Source of the DNA: Octopus vulgaris
Lineage: Eukaryota
Assembly: GCA_951406725.2 (NCBI GenBank)
Contig: OX597816.1
Span: forward strand, 42,904,001-42,968,000
Direction: 5' to 3'
Length of the DNA: 64,000 nt
Shown: piece after piece, positions 58,882 to 64,000 of the stretch
Layout: each line of letters opens with the position of its first letter
How positions within the stretch are numbered: the stretch's first letter is position 1
Translations under genes and position numbers: made by a program
Notes under the pieces: generated by a model
Seen by the model: only the letters and a program-made list of their open reading frames with translations
What the model was told of the DNA's origin: nothing
Database searches by the model: none

Positions 58882-59660
58882 ATTTCCATTGAGTGAAAAA
58901 GTGAGGGACGATGATGGCGATGGAGATAAGTGAAGGAGAAGCAAGCAAAAACAATGTTTTTATTTTTTCGTTCTTTTAATCGAATGACTGAGAAAGAGTG
59001 TTAAGCAAGACCGCAGAGATAACAACACAATCTACAGCCAAGTAATAGATAATGCAATTTTCTTTTTCATAAAAGCCAACACCAATAAAAAAAAAACCCG
59101 TAATGACTTGTGTGGCTGGAGAGAGAGCGAGAGAGCAGGTGTTGTCAGATTCATTAACAATCAGTAATGAAATGATATTGATTGGGTACGAGGTAAAAAA
59201 AAAATGTAATCAACTAGAAAGATGTGTTAGATTAGTTGTAAGGGTAAGTATAGTATGAGTATGTGATGGTAGCAGTAGTCATGGTGTTGATTGCTGACAG
59301 TGTTGCTGGATCCATTGTAGGGAAATACAAATAGAATTACTACTGAACAAATACTAACATTCAAAATATGTAACGCTGTCTGCAGCGCTAGAAAATACTA
59401 TCTTTTGATAACTTTTGTGGTTGTTCGCCTAATGTAAACAGAACAGCAATTCAAGATGACTTGGGTTTCTATGAAGTGCGAAATTAACGCTTTTACGACT
59501 TCTTAGATTAATAATAATCTCTGTATTTACTTTCCTTCTCCAAACAATAAAGACTTCGACGTCTTCAAACACAATTATCATTTCGTATATATTATGGCTT
59601 ATGCGAGTATTATATACCTATATCTATGAAGACAAAAGTTAGATACGCCGCCAGAAGCTA

Positions 59661-60153
59661 CCGTAAATCCTCGAGTATAGTCCGCCCTTGAGTATAATAC
59701 GAAGGGGATTTTTAGGGAGCTGTACCTCTGAAAAACCTAAACCTTCTGTATAAAACGAACCCCTTTTCTAACTTGAGTCAAGGAGGTCTATATAACGTCC
59801 TTGGTTTGTAAAAATGTATACGGTAACGTGCTTTATTATTATTGTATATATAACATAATGCAAACGTATAGCTTTTTTGTGCATTTTGTTTGCAGAAAAT
59901 AAAGAAATAACAGGAATAATGTTTAATAAATGTTGCTTAATGCAAGTTATGGATGATTCTTTTATGACTTCATTGCTTTCAGGCTTAGCTTAAGGTATTT
60001 TCGCGTCTGAATAAACATTGCCGGAGAGCAAATAGAGACTCGGACATTGCCTAGGAAATATTTTTCAGTTTTTACCTCGTATATAGTACGCACTAGAGAT
60101 TTTGACCTTTCAATTTTGGAGAAAAAATGCGGATTATACTCGAGGATTAACGC
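59661..60153. mobile_element. Tc2/pogo-like MITE
   Basis: TA TSD; TIRs ccgtaaatcctcgagtatagtccgc / gcggattatactcgaggattaacgc; internal repeats of the gagtata motif. Confidence 0.82.
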
Positions 60154-61506
60154 TATATACTAGATTTTCTGTTGTGTTGGAATCTTCATTATTTAAGCTA
60201 TTATTAATTGCACTTTAAATTTCAAGTAATATTCCTTTGGATGCTGAATAGGCACAAGGCACGAAATTTGTTGGGAGGTGGGTAAGCCGATCACATCGAT
60301 CCCCTGTACTTGGCTGGTACTTAATTTATCAACTCCGAAAGGATGAAAGAACAAGTCAACTTCGGCGGAGTTTGAACTCATGAATGCTGAAATAATGCGA
60401 ACAAGATTAGAAGCAACAGCTGCAAAAATGGGACTAAAAGATCTACGACTTGCAAACCAAAGTAATGCTAGTTAACAACTGTGACCATAAGGAATATGGA
60501 AGGTGTCGTTTACATAAATGTGCTAAGAGGTGATGTCGCGGATGTTGCATGTCAAAATAATTCTTGATTAATTAAAATTTTCATCTTGATTCAAATGAAG
60601 TAAACAAAATCCGACTAGTAATTAATAGGGATTCATATGCATGTGGTCAGATAATTTCATAAGTTTCAGACATGGGAGACAATTATAGTAATGTTTCAGC
60701 CATAATAATGTTTCATTAGGTTCAATGAGCGAAGCATATTCGATTCAAACTTCTTTTCTCAATTCACGTTTGATTTTCTTTTACATACTGATGTGACATA
60801 CTAAGTTATTTAATCAGTATTAAAATGCATTGTTTAAAAAAAAAAAAACGAGATGAATTTTTTTAAGGGATATGAATCAAGTTCACCAGTAGCACTGAGA
60901 TAACTACATTGTGACAGAATTAGTTGAAAATATTTCCAATTTCCTAACTTTTACTAATCTAATTGTAGATTGCTTTTATGATTCTTAGAACAATGTTGTG
61001 TAATTTTTAGCGAATTAGATTTGTCTTTACATAAATATTTGACTTTGTTTTTACTGTTTAATTGAATAATTATATAAACTTGTTGAGCCTGATAAATAAA
61101 TAACTAAAATACTTGTCTGTACATTTCTGTGTTATGATTTGATAATTTTTCATTTTCGATTTATTTTTTGTTCGCGTGTGTTTTAATGTATTAGATTATA
61201 TTTTTGTACAGTAATAGCAGCGACTACACGTATTATACTGTCTCGAGTCCTAGAAAGCGTAGAGCCGTTCACCCAGGATTCATGATGCGCAAGTTGCCAA
61301 GGATACACCACTATCCTTGAGCGAAACGCCAGTCCATTTCAGGGCTACTCATGTAAAGTTGAATGGGCTTCAGCAACATAAAATGGAGTGCTCAAGAACA
61401 TAATAAACTACCAGTTCCTTGAATCCAAACCACGATCTTGCGATCGCGACTGCTTCTTCCTATCCACTGGGCCACTTACATTCCCACTGAATACCACTAT
61501 TGCACA

Positions 61507-61656
<150 letters not shown>

Positions 61657-61659
61657 GGC

Positions 61660-61910
61660 GCACGCCAGAAAAGGTCACAGAAAACGTGAGAGCAACCATA
61701 CTCTGGGATATTCCAATACACACAGATAGAAAAATTAAGGCCTATAGGCCAGATATACTTGTCAAAGATCCTGAAGAAAAAATGCTTTCTGATTGATGTA
61801 TCAATACCAGAAGACGACAACGTTTCTCTAAAAGAAATGGAGAAACTTTCAAAATACGAAGACCTGGAAATAGAGGTAACTCGAATGTGGAATCTAAAAA
61901 GAAGCTGCGC
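61660..61910 (+). mobile_element. R4/Dong-like LINE fragment (RLE domain) between TAA-type repeats
   Basis: ILWDIPIHTDRKIKAYRPDILV..CFLIDVSIP..EKLSKYEDLEIEVTRMWNLK; (CTA)/(TAA)/(TTA)n upstream, aataataat downstream. Confidence 0.85.
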
Positions 61911-62199
61911 AAAGGCAACAACAATAATAATAATGATAACTTTTTTATAGTCCAGAATGACACACAGATTTATAAAAATATATATCAGACAAAAGTCATG
62001 GGAGAAAGTGGGAGTATGTCTGGGTGTATATGCTGTTGCTTCTGCTTACTTGGTAAATTATTTCTGCGTTTACTGTGTAAATTAATATCTTGTAAAGAAA
62101 ATGAGATTTGTTTTAATGATTTTAAGAAAAGAAGCCACAAGTGTGAAGAAATTATTCATTAAAACGAAGATAAAATATGATAATCGCTTTATCCGTCTC

Positions 62200-62262
<63 letters not shown>

Positions 62263-62961
62263 AAAGTAGTGTTTTCCACAAAATCATTATCACTGGTCCA
62301 TTACGCAAAATTGCTTGTACCTTTCCAAAGTTATCGTCTTAAAGTGAAAACTGAAGTTGCTAAGAAGACTGGGCAGAAGATGAAGATGTCTGCTTCTACT
62401 CCTTTCAATCTTTCCCCGCGTACAATCTCTTTTCATGAAATCATCTGTCATAGGGAAGTTGACTGACATTCTTCATCAAAGGAAGACATCAAGTTGGTAA
62501 TGACGTCCGACACAGCTGACAGCAGAAATCATATTATACTCGGTAGCAGCTGTCATACATTTTCACAAGAGAGCAATACTTGTTCATAAAACGAGTGCAG
62601 AAAGGTATCATTATTATATATTTACGTACATCAGTGTTGCAGAGTATGAACGCGATACAAAGTTAAATATACGATATACGTATATGAAGAAACATTGGAA
62701 GCATCGATTGTGTTCATATTTTACGGGCACGAAAATAAATTTTAAACGCAGTATAGCTGTGAATACAGCAGAGAAGAATTGGCAGCTTACCGTTATAAGA
62801 CGGTAAAAGGAAAAAGTTTATAAGCATGGAGCTATGTGAATCGAACGTTGTGCTTCTCATCTACGAGAATCGAACGGTGTACGCCTCACTTAGTAAGTTG
62901 TGTGCTCGACCAATAACCTAAACGGACCATTATAACACAGCATTGCCAATTTTAATACTAA

Positions 62962-63099
<138 letters not shown>

Positions 63100-64000
63100 T
63101 AAGACGTAAACCCAGTGCCACCTGCTGAATGGTTGGGTCATCAGCGACTAAACTGGCAACCCTATCAACCTTGCTTCATGAGAACATTAACAGTTGGACA
63201 CCCAGCAGAACGAAAAATAACACCTGTAAAATAGCGGAAGAGCGCATGAGGAGTGAGCGGCTATCCAACAATATGTGTGCGTGAGGACGTGGAAATACCT
63301 GGGTTGGTAACCAGGGTCGCGGTGGGCCCACTGGGAATTTTGTCAGTGAACAGGTCGCGGTCTCAAAACGACGAAAATATTTTGGCAATTTAAATTTAAA
63401 TGTTGAAGTGAATCTAACGGTTTTTGTGTGTTTCTTAGATGCCTTATAAACACTTTCCACGCTGCAATTGTTTTCGTTCCAGCACACAATCTCAGTTCAG
63501 CTCAGCTCACTTGCTTTGCAAGCACATCTCCGTAATACATACATACATACATACATACATACATACATACATACATACATACATACATACATACATACAT
63601 ACGTACATACGTACATACATACATATATACATACATACATATATATGTATGTATGTATGTATGTATATGTATGTATGTATATGTATAAAAATACAAACTG
63701 GGACAAAAACGGAAAACATTTAGGAGACGATACCAAAACACGGACGGGACATTCGAAGTCTTCAATCTTCAGTCAAGAACCGGATCATCCTCGCAATTTC
63801 GGCTGATTAATCTTGAGATTGCTCCAATCTGGCCAGCCCCAAGGATAAACTATTAGATTCCTTGGAAAAAACTTCGAATATACACAAACCAAGGACGGAA
63901 AAACGGACGATGTTACACGAATATGAATACAAAAATGATATGTAAAAACAATAATAATAATACGTAGAAACAATAATAATAATAAAATAACAATAACAGG

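Noticed and set aside
62290-62610. Possible host exon (higher-complexity sequence)
   Set aside because: No recognisable domain or convincing splice-bounded open frame

Overview
AT-rich, microsatellite-saturated eukaryotic (metazoan) non-coding DNA. The repeat families and TTAGGG units look like an octopus/cephalopod genome (inference). I found no host protein-coding exon; nearly all ORFs in the track are translated microsatellites. The window is dominated by mobile DNA: (1) a young 5'-truncated Neptune-type Penelope-like element (PLE; RT + GIY-YIG) with a ~2.8 kb degenerate CA-rich 3' region; (2) a near-identical head-to-tail 1.8-mer of a Naiad-type PLE whose three frameshifts are all homopolymer indels and complement each other; (3) at least five unrelated families of minimal type-I hammerhead ribozyme (HHR) motifs sitting in (TA)n tracts; (4) a tRNA-headed, SINE-like element ending in a PLE-type HHR tail, itself hit by an R4/Dong LINE; (5) a (GATA)n-flanked ORF1-only L1/Tx1-like element; (6) RTE and R4/Dong fragments, several tRNA-SINE families, Helentron-like elements, mariner/Tc2/piggyBac-like MITEs, and a long-TIR MITE carrying telomeric repeats. 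Coordinates were counted by eye, and family names come from recalled motifs, not database searches.
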